This document shows positions 1 to 9,817 of a stretch of DNA of 64,000 bases, piece after piece. How positions within the stretch are numbered: the stretch's first letter is position 1; each line of letters begins with the position of its first letter. Source of the DNA: Planctomicrobium piriforme (GTDB taxonomy: Bacteria > Planctomycetota > Planctomycetia > Pirellulales > UBA1268); contig CAMAVC010000004.1 in NCBI GenBank assembly GCA_945861585.1, forward strand, positions 450 through 64,449. Reading direction: 5' to 3'. A model generated the notes under the pieces. The model worked only from the letters and a program-made list of their open reading frames with translations, made no database searches and was not told where the DNA came from. The translations under genes were made by a program, and so were the position numbers.

Positions 1-84
1 TCTTCGCGTGAGCCCGCTCCGAGGTGTTGCCCGGCTGCACCGCGCCTGTATGCTCCTGCACCAACCCTTGAAGGAGTCCTCACG

Positions 85-627
85 ATGGCCAGCCGCTCAC
101 TGAACCTCTCGATTGCCCTGCTCTCTGCCCTGTCGGTAACCGCGGTCTTTGCGGCCGACCCTGTTGCGTTTCCCCGCACGACGATCGATCTCGGCACGGT
201 CGTCAGCGATGTCGAGAAGTCGGTGCGGTTCTACGTCGATGGCATTGGGTTCCGTGAGCTGCCCGGCTTCGAACTGCCCGCCGACGCGGCCACGGCTGCC
301 GGGCTCACCGACGGCAAGCCGCTCTCCGTGCGGGTGCTCGTGCTCGGCGCGGGCGACACGGCCACGAAACTCAAGCTGATGAGCGTGGCCGGCACGGCGC
401 CCCGCACCGGCGACAACGAGTTCATCCACTCGCACACCGGCTTCCGCTACCTCACGATCGTCGTCGACGACACGAACGCCGCCCTCGCCCGCCTCGCGAA
501 GATCGGCGTCAAGCCGCTCGCCAAGAGTCCCGTCGCGATCCCCGAGACGATCGCCAAGGGCCTGTTCCTGACCTGCGTCCGCGACCCCGACGGCAACCTC
601 GTCGAACTCATCGCGCCGAAGAAGTAG
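85..627 (+). CDS. VOC (glyoxalase/bleomycin-resistance/dioxygenase) family protein, secreted
   Basis: 180-aa ORF with AAGGAG about 8 nt upstream of the ATG. Signal-like N-terminus MASRSLNLSIALLSALSVTAVFA. VOC-like strings VRFYVDGIGFRE and RDPDGNLVELI. Confidence 0.8.
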   Translation: MASRSLNLSIALLSALSVTAVFAADPVAFPRTTIDLGTVVSDVEKSVRFYVDGIGFRELPGFELPADAATAAGLTDGKPLSVRVLVLGAGDTATKLKLMSVAGTAPRTGDNEFIHSHTGFRYLTIVVDDTNAALARLAKIGVKPLAKSPVAIPETIAKGLFLTCVRDPDGNLVELIAPKK

Positions 628-633
628 CGTCGT

Positions 634-1161
634 GCCGGCTCGGGGTTACCCCGTACCGTCTCGCCGTCTGGAAGCCCGAGGCGTGAGCCGAAGGGAATAC
701 GCCTCGTGTTTCGCCACCGGGGCATCCTCTCGGCTTGCGCCTCGGGCTTTCGTTGAGGGAGGCTTCGGGCTCCTCGTGTCCCGGGAGCCAGCGTATTTGA
801 CCAGCGCAGCCATCTTCACGCGAACATCCGGCATCGTGCCGCTGTTCGCTTGGCGGGCCTCCGCCCGCTGGTGCTCACCCGGGCCTCTGGCCCTGACGTT
901 CGCATGAGGAGCCAAGCTTTGCTCAGCGACCGTAAGCCGGCGCCGACGCCGGGACGGCGGCGACGGCGCGACACTCGCCAGGCGCAGCGCAGGCAAATCC
1001 GAGCGAGTGAAGCCCAGGATGGGCGCAGCGAGCGTCCGGCGACGGGATATGAGGAGCCCGAAGCCGGCGCAAACCCGAACGGAGCGAACGTCAAGCGAGA
1101 GGGTACGGGCAGTCACGAGCCGGATTGAGCGCTTTCAGGCCGTGACAGGCTGAAGCCTGTC
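634..1161. repeat. Repeat cluster R1: Y-terminus + H hairpin + interrupted X unit + partial Y end + T hairpin
   Basis: Shares CCGGCTCGGGGTTACCCCGTACCGTCTCGCCG, the GGAAGCCCGAGGCGTGAGCCGAAGGGAATACG...CCTCTCGGCTTGCGCCTCGGGCTTTC hairpin and GGGGAGCCCGAAGCC-type termini with eight other loci. Fills the convergent gap between the VOC gene and cysC. Confidence 0.9.
1144..1161. repeat. T-hairpin module GACAGGC-TGAA-GCCTGTC, directly abutting the cysC stop
   Basis: Perfect 7-bp stem with a 4-nt loop. The next 3 nt (1162-1164, CTA on the + strand) are the TAG stop of cysC. Confidence 0.9.
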
Positions 1162-1839
1162 CTACACTGGCGGGATCTTGCCGGCGCGCTCGAGCCAGGC
1201 GATGACGTCGGCGGCGAGATCGTCGGGCGGGCGGGCTGAGGAGTCGACGACGAGCTCCGGCGTGAGCGGCTCCTCGTACGGGTCGTCGATGCCGGTGAAG
1301 CCCTTGATCTCGCCGGCGCGGGCCTTCTTGTAGAGGCCCTTCGGGTCGCGGCCCTCGCATACTTCCAGTGGCGCCTTTACGTAGACCTCTACGAAATCAC
1401 CAGGGGGCAGCATCGCCCGGACGGCGTCGCGGTCGCGGCGGTAGGGGCTGATGAAGGCCGTGAGCGTGATCGTGCCGGCCTGGGCGAAGAGCTCCGCCAC
1501 CGCGCCGATGCGGCGGATGTTTTCCTCTCGGTCTTGCGGGCCGAAGCCGAGGCCGAATCGCCGGGCGAACTCCGCGCCGTGCCGTGGCTCCAAGAGCGCC
1601 GGCGCCGCATTCAGTCCCAGCCGCACGTTGTCGCCGTCGAGCACGAAGGTGCGGCAGCCACGCTCGAAGAGCTTCCGATCGACGGCGTTGGCGAGCGTGC
1701 TCTTGCCGCAGCCGGAGAGCCCCGTGAACCACAGCACGCAGCCTTTGTGGCCTGCGGCCCGCTCGCGGTCGGCGCGGCTCACGGCGTGGGCATGCCAGCG
1801 GACGTCGACTGTCTCGGCGGGCGTACTGCCAGATGCCAT
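1162..1839 (-). CDS. cysC: Adenylyl-sulfate (APS) kinase
   Basis: P-loop context CVLWFTGLSGCGKSTLANAV and FVLDGDNVR. Internal ATG at 1839 chosen (MASGSTPAE...), 4 nt after the upstream gene's stop. The longer ORF to 1995 overlaps that upstream gene. Confidence 0.9.
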   Translation of the reverse strand: MASGSTPAETVDVRWHAHAVSRADRERAAGHKGCVLWFTGLSGCGKSTLANAVDRKLFERGCRTFVLDGDNVRLGLNAAPALLEPRHGAEFARRFGLGFGPQDREENIRRIGAVAELFAQAGTITLTAFISPYRRDRDAVRAMLPPGDFVEVYVKAPLEVCEGRDPKGLYKKARAGEIKGFTGIDDPYEEPLTPELVVDSSARPPDDLAADVIAWLERAGKIPPV

Positions 1840-1843
1840 CGTG

Positions 1844-2818
1844 TCACTCCCAGCCGTCGAGGGTGACGGCGCTCTTGAATCGGCGGGCCTGCTCGCCCGG
1901 TACGTTGCGCTCGACTTCGAGCTCGATCGTGTCGCCCGGACCGTGCCGGCCGACCTGTTCGGTGAGTGACTCGAAATTCCCCACCGGACGACCATCGATC
2001 GCCACGACCACGTCGCCGATCTGGAGGCCAGCTTTTCCTGCAGCCGAGCCGTCTTGTACGTGCGTGATCACACACGGGCCCACCATCGGCTGACCGGCGA
2101 CGCCGAGCTTGCCCCCCTTGCGCACGTCGATCCGGGCGGCGGGCAGCTTCGCCGCCAGCGCGGCGAGCTGATCGTCGGCGATTCCCGTGCCGAACAGCTG
2201 CACCGACTCGACGCCTCGGAGGCGGCCCAGGGCGGCCACGGCGGCAGCGTCGAGTGGCACACCGAACGCCCCGACCAGACGCACCCCCTGCAGCCTCGAG
2301 AGGAGCCGCAGATCCTCCGACGTGCCACGCCAGCGGGCGTTGAGCGTCACGTGCAAGCCCCGGTGTCCGCTCGCCAAAAAACCCTCCGTGATCACGGCAC
2401 CGAGCGACTCGAGCTTTTCTCGGGCCGCCTCGGTCATCCCACGATGGTGGAAGTCGAGAGCGCCGGTGACGAGCCCCGACACGGCCGAATCGGGCCCCTC
2501 GGCGATCGCTTCGAGCAGCTTCTCGGCGTCGCCCGCGAGCGCCTCGTCGTCACTGGCGAGAAACCCCCGCACGATGTCGAGCGCACGGGTCGCCACCTCG
2601 AGGTCGTCGCGGAGGACCGCGGCCCCGAGGGACGTGAGGGCCGGCCGGCCGGCAGCGGCCAGGCTGCGGCTGGCGGCTTCCCGCTGGGCGAACTGTTCGG
2701 CGCCCAGCTGGTCGATCCATGCGACGACCTGAGGCTCTGTGGCGAGCTCGCCTGCCACGGCGAACACCGGCGCGACGACGAGCGACAGGGTGATCGGGAA
2801 GCGGAAACAGTCGTGCAT
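1844..2818 (-). CDS. PDZ-domain protein with a leucine-rich-repeat-like central region and an N-terminal signal/anchor
   Basis: C-terminal PDZ-like GSAAGKAGLQIGDVVVAIDGRPV. Hydrophobic N-terminus MHDCFRFPITLSLVVAPVFAVAG. Start at the ATG at 2818 inferred. Confidence 0.65.
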   Translation of the reverse strand: MHDCFRFPITLSLVVAPVFAVAGELATEPQVVAWIDQLGAEQFAQREAASRSLAAAGRPALTSLGAAVLRDDLEVATRALDIVRGFLASDDEALAGDAEKLLEAIAEGPDSAVSGLVTGALDFHHRGMTEAAREKLESLGAVITEGFLASGHRGLHVTLNARWRGTSEDLRLLSRLQGVRLVGAFGVPLDAAAVAALGRLRGVESVQLFGTGIADDQLAALAAKLPAARIDVRKGGKLGVAGQPMVGPCVITHVQDGSAAGKAGLQIGDVVVAIDGRPVGNFESLTEQVGRHGPGDTIELEVERNVPGEQARRFKSAVTLDGWE

Positions 2819-2929
2819 GCAGGCGTCCGCCGGGGGGTTGTGCCGAATATACCAGCCGACCACGACGGCGTTTTCCCGCGGCTACACTAGGTCGTATCCT
2901 TCGCCCCGTCGCCCTGCCAGCCCGCGGCC

Positions 2930-4921
2930 ATGACACTCCCGTTCGTTCTCGATCGCACCCCGCGGCCCCCGCTGCCCGCCACGCGCGCGGAGATGCTCGC
3001 CCGCGGCTGGGACGAGGTCGACGTCGTGTTCGTCTCGGGCGACGCCTACGTCGATCACCCGAGCTTCGCTAATGGCCTGCTCGCGCGGCTCCTCGAGGCT
3101 GCCGGCTTCCGCGTGGCCGTGCTCGCCCAGCCCGCCTGGCAGTCGTGCGAGCCGTGGCGGCAGTTTGGCAGGCCGCGGCTCTTCTTCGGCGTGTCGGCGG
3201 GCAACATGGACTCGATGATCAACCACTACACCGCCAACCGGAAGGTCCGAAACGACGACGCCTATTCGCCCAACGGCGAGATCGGCCGGCGGCCCGACCG
3301 AGCCACGCTCGCCTACTGCCAGCGATCGCGTGAGGCGTTTCCCGGCGTGCCGGTGGTGGCCGGCGGCGTCGAGGCGAGCCTGCGCAGGATCGCCCACTAC
3401 GACTACTGGAGCGACACCGTCCGCCGCTCGATCATCCTCGACTCGAAGGCCGATCTCGTCGTCTTCGGGATGGGTGAACGGACGATCCTCGACGTGGCCC
3501 TCGGTCTCGCGGCAGGCAGGGCCGTCAAGGACCTGCGCGATCTGCGCGGCATCGCCTACCGGCTCGGTGCCAGCGAGCCGCCGCCGTCGGGCTCCGACAC
3601 GCTCGAACTGCCGTCGTATGAATCGGTCGCCGCCGACACGCTCGCCTTCTGCGAAATGACGCGGATCTCGCATCTGGAGACGAACCCCCACAATGCCCGG
3701 CGGCTCGTCCAGCGGCACGGCCGCGAGGCAGTCGTTGTGAATCCCCCTGCTCTGCCCCTCGAGCAGGACGAGATGGACCAGGTCTACGGCCTGCCCTTCA
3801 CGCGGCGGCCGCATCCCTCCTACGGTGCGGCGCGGATCCCGGCCTTCGAGGTCGTGGAAAACAGCGTGCAGATCATGCGCGGCTGCTTCGGCGGCTGCAC
3901 GTTCTGCTCGATCACGGCCCACGAGGGGCGGATCATCCAGAGCCGGAGCCAGGATTCGGTGATCACCGAGATCAAACTGCTCGCGAGCCAGCCCGGCTTC
4001 AAGGGCACGGTGTCGGACATCGGCGGCCCCACGGCCAACATGTATCAGATGCGGTGCTCGCGGCCCGAGGTCGAGGCGAAATGCCGCCGGCTCTCGTGCG
4101 TGCACCCCACCGTCTGCAAGCTCTTGGGCACCGATCACGGCCCGCTCAAGAGCCTCATGCGTGAAGCGCGGAGCGTGGAGGGCGTGAAGCGGGTGCTCGT
4201 GGCCAGCGGCGTGCGCATGGACCTCGCCCGCCGCGATCCAGAGTATCTCCAGGAACTCGCCGAGCACCACGTGGGCGGCCACTTGAAGGTGGCGCCCGAG
4301 CACACCGACCCCGAGGTCTTGAACCTCATGAAGAAGCCCTCAGCCGACGACTACGTCGAGTTCGACAAGGCCTTCAAGGCGGCCAGCCGCCGTGTCGGCA
4401 AGAAGCAATTCACGGTGCCCTACTTCATCGCCAGCCATCCGGGCAGCGGCGTCGAGGAGATGATCGATCTCGCGATCTTCCTCAAGCGCAACAGCTACAA
4501 GCCCGACCAGGTGCAAGACTTCATTCCCAGCCCCTTCGACATCGCCGCCTGCATGTACTACACGGGCCTCGACCCGATGACGAAGGAGCCCGTCAAGGTG
4601 ACGAAGGGGCTTAAGGACCGGCGGATGCAGCGGGCCATGCTCCAGTTCTTCAAGCCCGAGAACTACTTCGAAGTGCGACGGGCCCTGGAGCAAGCTGGCA
4701 GACAAGACCTGATCGGCTCCGGCTGCGACTGCCTGATCCCCGACCGCCCGCCGAAGGAGGCCCTCGACAGGAAGCGCCGCGAAGCCACGCGGGCGTTCAC
4801 CGAGGAAACCTCTGGCGACCATATCAGAGGCGGGCCCGCAGCCGCCCGCGCTGAGCGAGGCGGCCGCAAGCAGCGGCGTCCCCGCAAGTCGATCGGCTAC
4901 CGACCCAACCGCGGGAAGTGA
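2930..4921 (+). CDS. ygiQ: YgiQ-family radical SAM protein (UPF0313)
   Basis: 663 aa. N-terminal [18 protein letters not shown], a radical-SAM cysteine region [13 protein letters not shown], and a basic C-terminal tail. Confidence 0.9.
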   Translation: MTLPFVLDRTPRPPLPATRAEMLARGWDEVDVVFVSGDAYVDHPSFANGLLARLLEAAGFRVAVLAQPAWQSCEPWRQFGRPRLFFGVSAGNMDSMINHYTANRKVRNDDAYSPNGEIGRRPDRATLAYCQRSREAFPGVPVVAGGVEASLRRIAHYDYWSDTVRRSIILDSKADLVVFGMGERTILDVALGLAAGRAVKDLRDLRGIAYRLGASEPPPSGSDTLELPSYESVAADTLAFCEMTRISHLETNPHNARRLVQRHGREAVVVNPPALPLEQDEMDQVYGLPFTRRPHPSYGAARIPAFEVVENSVQIMRGCFGGCTFCSITAHEGRIIQSRSQDSVITEIKLLASQPGFKGTVSDIGGPTANMYQMRCSRPEVEAKCRRLSCVHPTVCKLLGTDHGPLKSLMREARSVEGVKRVLVASGVRMDLARRDPEYLQELAEHHVGGHLKVAPEHTDPEVLNLMKKPSADDYVEFDKAFKAASRRVGKKQFTVPYFIASHPGSGVEEMIDLAIFLKRNSYKPDQVQDFIPSPFDIAACMYYTGLDPMTKEPVKVTKGLKDRRMQRAMLQFFKPENYFEVRRALEQAGRQDLIGSGCDCLIPDRPPKEALDRKRREATRAFTEETSGDHIRGGPAAARAERGGRKQRRPRKSIGYRPNRGK

Positions 4922-4937
4922 TGCCACCCGTATGTGT

Positions 4938-5092
4938 GCGCGCCGGCTCGGGGTAACCCCGATCCTCCCCGTCTGGAAGCCCGAGGCGTGAGCCGAAGGG
5001 AATACGCGGAGTGTTTCGCCACCGGGGCATCCTCTCGGCTTACGCCTCGGGCTTTCGTTGAGGAGGATCGGGGTTGTCCAGAGCCGGCGCGC
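4938..5092. repeat. Repeat cluster R2: H hairpin nested between an inverted pair of Y-type termini
   Basis: GCGCGCCGGCTCGGGGTAACCCCGATCC [H unit] GGATCGGGGTTGTCCAGAGCCGGCGCGC. Confidence 0.9.
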
Positions 5093-5169
5093 GCCCAACA
5101 AGGCGAACAGGCCCGCCACGGCCTGCGTACAGTTTCCTGACAGGCCCCACCGCCCCCTGGAACTCCCCC

Positions 5170-5520
5170 ATGCCATTCGTTCGTTCCGCCCTCATCGCGA
5201 CCCTCGCCATCTGCGGCCTCGTCTGGTCGGCCCACGTGGACGCCGCCGGACCGCGCAATCCCTACTCGAGCTTCAACCTCTCGGGCATCAACTACGGCGC
5301 CCAGCAGTGGGAGCGGGCCCAGCGGCAGGGGAAGGTGGTGTGGCCCTACTACAACGTGCCGTCGCGAAGCTCTTCGCGTGGCTCGTCACGGAACTCAGGC
5401 GTGTACGTCGGTGGTGTGGTCGCCGGCGGGAGCGGGGCCGGCACGATCGTTCAAGCGGGCTCCTCCCGTCCGACGCAGCGGTCGTATACGACCCGCACCT
5501 CGCGCCGTTGGCGGCGGTGA
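5170..5520 (+). CDS. Small secreted hypothetical protein (Ser/Gly/Arg-rich C-terminus)
   Basis: Internal ATG gives the signal peptide MPFVRSALIATLAICGLVWSAHVDAAG. GC-rich third codon positions. No recognisable family. Confidence 0.45.
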   Translation: MPFVRSALIATLAICGLVWSAHVDAAGPRNPYSSFNLSGINYGAQQWERAQRQGKVVWPYYNVPSRSSSRGSSRNSGVYVGGVVAGGSGAGTIVQAGSSRPTQRSYTTRTSRRWRR

Positions 5521-5526
5521 GCGCGG

Positions 5527-6654
5527 TCAGCCTACGGTGCCGTCGTACATGCGGTATTTCTTGGTGACGAGGGCGCCGCCGCGTTCCAGCGTGCGCTTCG
5601 AGAGGTGGTTGCTCTCCAGCACCCAGGAGAATTCCACCTCTTCCATGCCCCAGTCGTAGAGCCGCGGCACGAGGGCCGCGTGGAGCACGAGGCCCACGCC
5701 CCAGGCTTGATATTCGGGAATCACGTTCGTGCTGATTGCCCGCATCCGCTTGATTGCCCGCTTGTTCCACAGGAGCTTCAGGAAGCCGAAGGGGAACAGC
5801 CGGCCGTTGATCGCCTTGATCCGCGGGTTGTAGTCGAGCAGGCAGAAAACGGTGCCGATCGGCTTGCCTTCCACCTCGGCCACGAGCGCGAGCTCTGGCA
5901 CGATCAAGTGCTTGAGGCTCGCAGCCATGTGCTTCACTTCGCCCGGCGTGAGCGGCACGAAGCCCCACGTGCCGCCCAGGCTCGAGTTGTAGATCTCGAG
6001 AAACATCCGCACTTCCTCGTCGAACCGGCGCCGGTCGAGCGGCCGCACGGTGACGCCGAACCGCTCCTTCACCCCCGCCACCATCACGCCGAGCTTCGAA
6101 TCGATCCCCTCGAGCATTTCGAGCCGGCCCCAAAATGCATACATGTCTTCGATCTTGGCGAGGCCCTGGGCCTCCACCAAGCTGGCGTAATACGGCCTGG
6201 CATGCGTCATCATGAAGAACGGGGGCGTGTCGAAGCCCTCGATCAACAGGCCGCACTCGTAGTTGAGCGACGGATTGGCCGGCCCGCGGACGGCCGTCAT
6301 CCCCTGGCCCGCCAGCCAGTCGCGGGCCGTGCCGAACAGGGCCCGCGCGGCGGCCTGGTCGTCGTCGCATTCGAAGAAGCCGAAAAAGCCTCGCTGCTCG
6401 CCGTAGCGTTGGACATGCCCCGCGTTGACGATGGCCGTGATCCGACCGACGTCGACACCCCCGCGGGTGGCGAGAAACGACCGGCTCTTCGACTTCTCGT
6501 AAAACGGGCAGGGGCGAAACCCGAGCAGTTCTTCCTGCGACATGATCAAGGGCGGCATCCAACAGGGGTCGTTGCGGTAGATCCGCCAGGGCAGGTTCAC
6601 GAACCGCTTTTGGTCGGCCCGCGTCTCGACGGGCCGTACGATCAGGTCGGGCAC
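5527..6654 (-). CDS. GNAT-like N-acetyltransferase family protein (long form)
   Basis: 375 aa with a GTG start and a GAGGA-like SD. Its N-terminus (FVNLPWRIYRNDPCWMPPL) resembles long acyl-CoA N-acyltransferase-type proteins as I remember them. Unverified. Confidence 0.55.
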   Translation of the reverse strand: MPDLIVRPVETRADQKRFVNLPWRIYRNDPCWMPPLIMSQEELLGFRPCPFYEKSKSRSFLATRGGVDVGRITAIVNAGHVQRYGEQRGFFGFFECDDDQAAARALFGTARDWLAGQGMTAVRGPANPSLNYECGLLIEGFDTPPFFMMTHARPYYASLVEAQGLAKIEDMYAFWGRLEMLEGIDSKLGVMVAGVKERFGVTVRPLDRRRFDEEVRMFLEIYNSSLGGTWGFVPLTPGEVKHMAASLKHLIVPELALVAEVEGKPIGTVFCLLDYNPRIKAINGRLFPFGFLKLLWNKRAIKRMRAISTNVIPEYQAWGVGLVLHAALVPRLYDWGMEEVEFSWVLESNHLSKRTLERGGALVTKKYRMYDGTVG

Positions 6655-6885
6655 GGTTGTTTCCTCGATTCTTCAGCCGGCAACGTCGCTACGATCGGCA
6701 GGGTGGCATGGCGGCGCCGGAAGGCGTGGAGTGCCAACGACTTCCGGCGCCGCACCGCATCTTCGGCCGCTCCCGGGCGGGGCGTCAACGCCGGTCGCGG
6801 CCGGCCACCGCAAGTCGCCCCGGCCTTCGGGCCGATCTAGTATTTGGCCCGGCCATCCGACCAGCCCTGCGCCCACGCCCACGCC

Positions 6886-7923
6886 ATGACGACCACCGTC
6901 CCTCCCCAGCCTGGTTCCAAGGTCGACTACGTCGTCACGGGCGCGACGGGGCTCGTGGGCAACAACGTGGTCCGGCTCCTCGTGCGGCGGGGCCTCAGCG
7001 TCCGGGCGGTGGTCCGCTCGGCGGGGCGGTCGCTCGACGGCCTGCACATGCAGGTGGCCACCGCCGCACTGTCCGACGACCACGCTCTCGAGCGGGCCGT
7101 CGATGGCGCTTCGGTCGTCGTCCATGCGGCCGCCATGGTGCACTGCGGTTGGCGACACTTCGACGACATGCACGCCGCCAACGTGGAGGGAGCCCGGCGG
7201 GTCGCCCGCGCCGCCCGCCGCGCCGGTGCCCGGCTCGTGCACGTATCGAGCGTGGATGCGATCGGTCTCACGAGGGACGGCAGCCCGGCCGACGAGGAGA
7301 CACCTCCCGGCGGCATGCCGGAATGTCCCTACGTGGTCACGAAGCGCGAGGCGGAGCGAGCCGTGCTCGCCGAGGTCGAGCACGGGCTCGACGCCGTGAT
7401 CGTGAATCCCGTCTACATGATCGGCCCCTGGGATTGGAAGCCCTCGAGCGGCCGGATGCTGCTCGAGGTCGGTGCCGGCAAAGGACTCTTCGCACCGCCG
7501 GGGGCCAACGACTTCGTCGACGTGCGCGATGTCGTGGCAGGGATCCTCGCGGCGGCCGAGCGAGGAATATCAGGGCGCCGGTACATCCTCGGTGGCCATG
7601 CCCTCTCCTACCTCGACGCCTGGCGGATCTTCGCCCGAGCCGCCGGTCGGATGCAGCCGCTCGGGGTCGCCCCACGAGCGGCGGTGCGTGTGGCGGGCTG
7701 GGTCGGCGACCTGGCGAGCCTGTTCGTGAGCCACGAACTGCCGGTCAATTCCGCGGCCGCCACGATGTCGATGCTGCCGCACAACTTCTCATCGGCCCGC
7801 GCCATCGCCGAGCTCGGCTACTCATTCCGGCCGTTTGAAACGACCGTTGCAGACGCCTGGGGCTGGTTCGTCGACCACGGCTACGCCCGCGCCGCGGGCC
7901 ATCGCACCGTGCCCGTACGCTAA
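6886..7923 (+). CDS. NAD-dependent epimerase/dehydratase (extended SDR) family protein
   Basis: Rossmann motif YVVTGATGLVGNNVVRLL near the N-terminus. ATG at 6886 chosen over the upstream TTG. Confidence 0.85.
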   Translation: MTTTVPPQPGSKVDYVVTGATGLVGNNVVRLLVRRGLSVRAVVRSAGRSLDGLHMQVATAALSDDHALERAVDGASVVVHAAAMVHCGWRHFDDMHAANVEGARRVARAARRAGARLVHVSSVDAIGLTRDGSPADEETPPGGMPECPYVVTKREAERAVLAEVEHGLDAVIVNPVYMIGPWDWKPSSGRMLLEVGAGKGLFAPPGANDFVDVRDVVAGILAAAERGISGRRYILGGHALSYLDAWRIFARAAGRMQPLGVAPRAAVRVAGWVGDLASLFVSHELPVNSAAATMSMLPHNFSSARAIAELGYSFRPFETTVADAWGWFVDHGYARAAGHRTVPVR

Positions 7924-7932
7924 GGCCGGCCC

Positions 7933-8652
7933 ATGCCCAGTATCCTCGTCGTCGAGGACGAAGAGCACCTGGCCATCGGCATCAAGTTCAACCTCGAGGC
8001 CGAGGGCTTCACCGTCACCACCGTTGGCGACGGTCAGGCGGCGCTCGATCTCCTCGCTGCAGCCACTCCGCCGATCGATCTCGTCGTCCTCGACCTCATG
8101 CTGCCCGGTATGAGCGGGTATGCCGTGTGCGAGGCACTGCGGAGCGATGACAACGACGTGCCCGTCGTGATGCTCACCGCCCGCACGCTCGTCGAGGATC
8201 GGATCCGCGGCTTCAACGCCGGCACCGACGTCTACCTGCAGAAGCCGTTCGACCTCGACGAGTTGATCTCGATCGTGCGCAATCTCCTGGCCCGCCGCGG
8301 CCGTGCGCCGCGGCCCACGACGGCCGCCCCCGAGACCACTGGGACGAAGGGCCAGGTGCACCGTTTCGGCGCCGCCGAAGTGAACTTCGACACGTGGGAG
8401 GCCCGCTTCAAAGACACGCCCGTCAAGCTCACGAACCTCGAAATGAAGCTCCTCCGGTATCTCGTCGAGCATGAAGGGCTCGTGGTGTCGCGCGAGGAGT
8501 TGCTGACCCGCGTCTGGGGGCTGACCCGCGCGCCGGCCACGCGCACGATCGACACCTTCATGCTCAACCTGCGGAAATCATTCGAGGAAGACCCCTCGAA
8601 GCCGGTGCACTTCCTCTCGGTCCGCGGCACCGGCTACCGCTTCGTCAGATGA
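7933..8652 (+). CDS. OmpR/PhoB-family response regulator
   Basis: Receiver domain SILVVEDEEHL...DLVVLDLMLPGMSG. C-terminal winged helix LTNLEMKLLRYLVEHEG...VRGTGYRF. Confidence 0.9.
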   Translation: MPSILVVEDEEHLAIGIKFNLEAEGFTVTTVGDGQAALDLLAAATPPIDLVVLDLMLPGMSGYAVCEALRSDDNDVPVVMLTARTLVEDRIRGFNAGTDVYLQKPFDLDELISIVRNLLARRGRAPRPTTAAPETTGTKGQVHRFGAAEVNFDTWEARFKDTPVKLTNLEMKLLRYLVEHEGLVVSREELLTRVWGLTRAPATRTIDTFMLNLRKSFEEDPSKPVHFLSVRGTGYRFVR

Positions 8653-9433
8653 CGTCGCCGAGCAGCCTGGCAGCCGCCTGGCCGGGGTCGGGCTGCCTGA
8701 GCAGCGACTCGCCCACGAGCATCGCACCGATGCCCGCCGCCTCGAGCCGCTCGACGTCGGCTCGCGTCTTGATGCCACTCTCGGCCACAAGCACGACGTC
8801 GGCCGGCACGCGGGCACGCAGCCGCAGCACATGGTCGAGGTCGGTCGTCATCGTCTTCAAGTTGCGGTTGTTGACGCCGACGAGCGTCGCGCCCAAGTCG
8901 AGCACCCGCGGCAGGTTGTCCTCGTCGTGCAGTTCCACGAGCGGCGTCATGCCGAGATCGAGAATCTCGCGATACAGGCTTCGCAGATGGCAGTCGTCGA
9001 GGCACTCGGCGATCAGGAGCACGGCGTCGGCCCCGTGGGCCCGGGCTTCGAGCACCTGGTAGCGGTCGACGACGAACTCCTTGCGGAGCACGGGCAACGA
9101 CACGGCAATGCGAGCACTCGCGAGATCGACGAGGCTGCCGCCGAAATCCCAGCCGTCGGTGAGCACTGAAAGCGCCGCAGCCCCGGCATCCGCATAGCCG
9201 CGCACGACCTCCTCGACGGTCGCCCCGGGTCGAATCTCTCCGCCCGACGGGCTCTTGCGTTTGAACTCGGCGATCAGTCTGATCGCTCCGGGCGCCGACA
9301 CCGCCGCGAAAAAATCCCGCACGGCCGGCGCGGTCGCCAGCCTGCCCTCGAGCGCCGCCGTCGGCACCCGCTCCCGGGCCAGCGCCACTTCCTTCCGCTT
9401 CCGAGCGACGATTGTTTCGAGGATCGAGGACAT
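8645..9433 (-). CDS. trpC: Indole-3-glycerol-phosphate synthase
   Basis: MSSILETIVARKRKEV start and LIAEFKRKSPSGG motif. ATG at 9433 chosen. Confidence 0.9.
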   Translation of the reverse strand: MSSILETIVARKRKEVALARERVPTAALEGRLATAPAVRDFFAAVSAPGAIRLIAEFKRKSPSGGEIRPGATVEEVVRGYADAGAAALSVLTDGWDFGGSLVDLASARIAVSLPVLRKEFVVDRYQVLEARAHGADAVLLIAECLDDCHLRSLYREILDLGMTPLVELHDEDNLPRVLDLGATLVGVNNRNLKTMTTDLDHVLRLRARVPADVVLVAESGIKTRADVERLEAAGIGAMLVGESLLRQPDPGQAAARLLGDVI

Positions 9434-9654
9434 GGGGAGGTTATAGCAAGGCGAGGTGCTGCCCACATTTCATCGCAAGAAGGCCGGACAGGTGACAAAA
9501 GCCCGTATTCGGAGCCGGCGGTAGGCATGCTCGACTCCGGTCGTGTTGAGAGTACAGGACTCGTGGGTTTTGCTCAGGCGCCCATAGTCCTCAACGACTC
9601 CCTTCGTCTGCGCGTGCCCACCGACCGACTCCGCCGAAAGTTCTCGGCGTCTAG

Positions 9655-9810
9655 GAGTCGGGGAGGCGAGGGGCTGCCCCTACCGTTGAGCCGGCGTATG
9701 TGACCAGCGGAGCCAAGGATGGCGGAGCGCAGGCACATCCGAGTGAGTGAAGCCCAGGATGGGCGCAGCGAACGTCCGGCGAGACGGTACGGGGCTGCCC
9801 CGAGCCGGCG
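9655..9810. repeat. Repeat cluster R3: single Y unit (CTG/CAG-loop subtype)
   Basis: GGAGGCGAGGGGCTGCCCCTACCGTTGAGCCGGCG ... CGGCGAGACGGTACGGGGCTGCCCCGAGCCGG. Ends about 8 nt from the purH stop. Confidence 0.9.
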
Positions 9811-9817
9811 CGTGAAG

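Noticed and set aside
9434-9654. Possible attenuator or leader structure upstream of trpC
   Set aside because: Some stem potential exists (AGGACT...AGTCCT), but there is no leader peptide with Trp codons and no recognisable T-box or terminator/antiterminator pair. The evidence is insufficient to call a feature.
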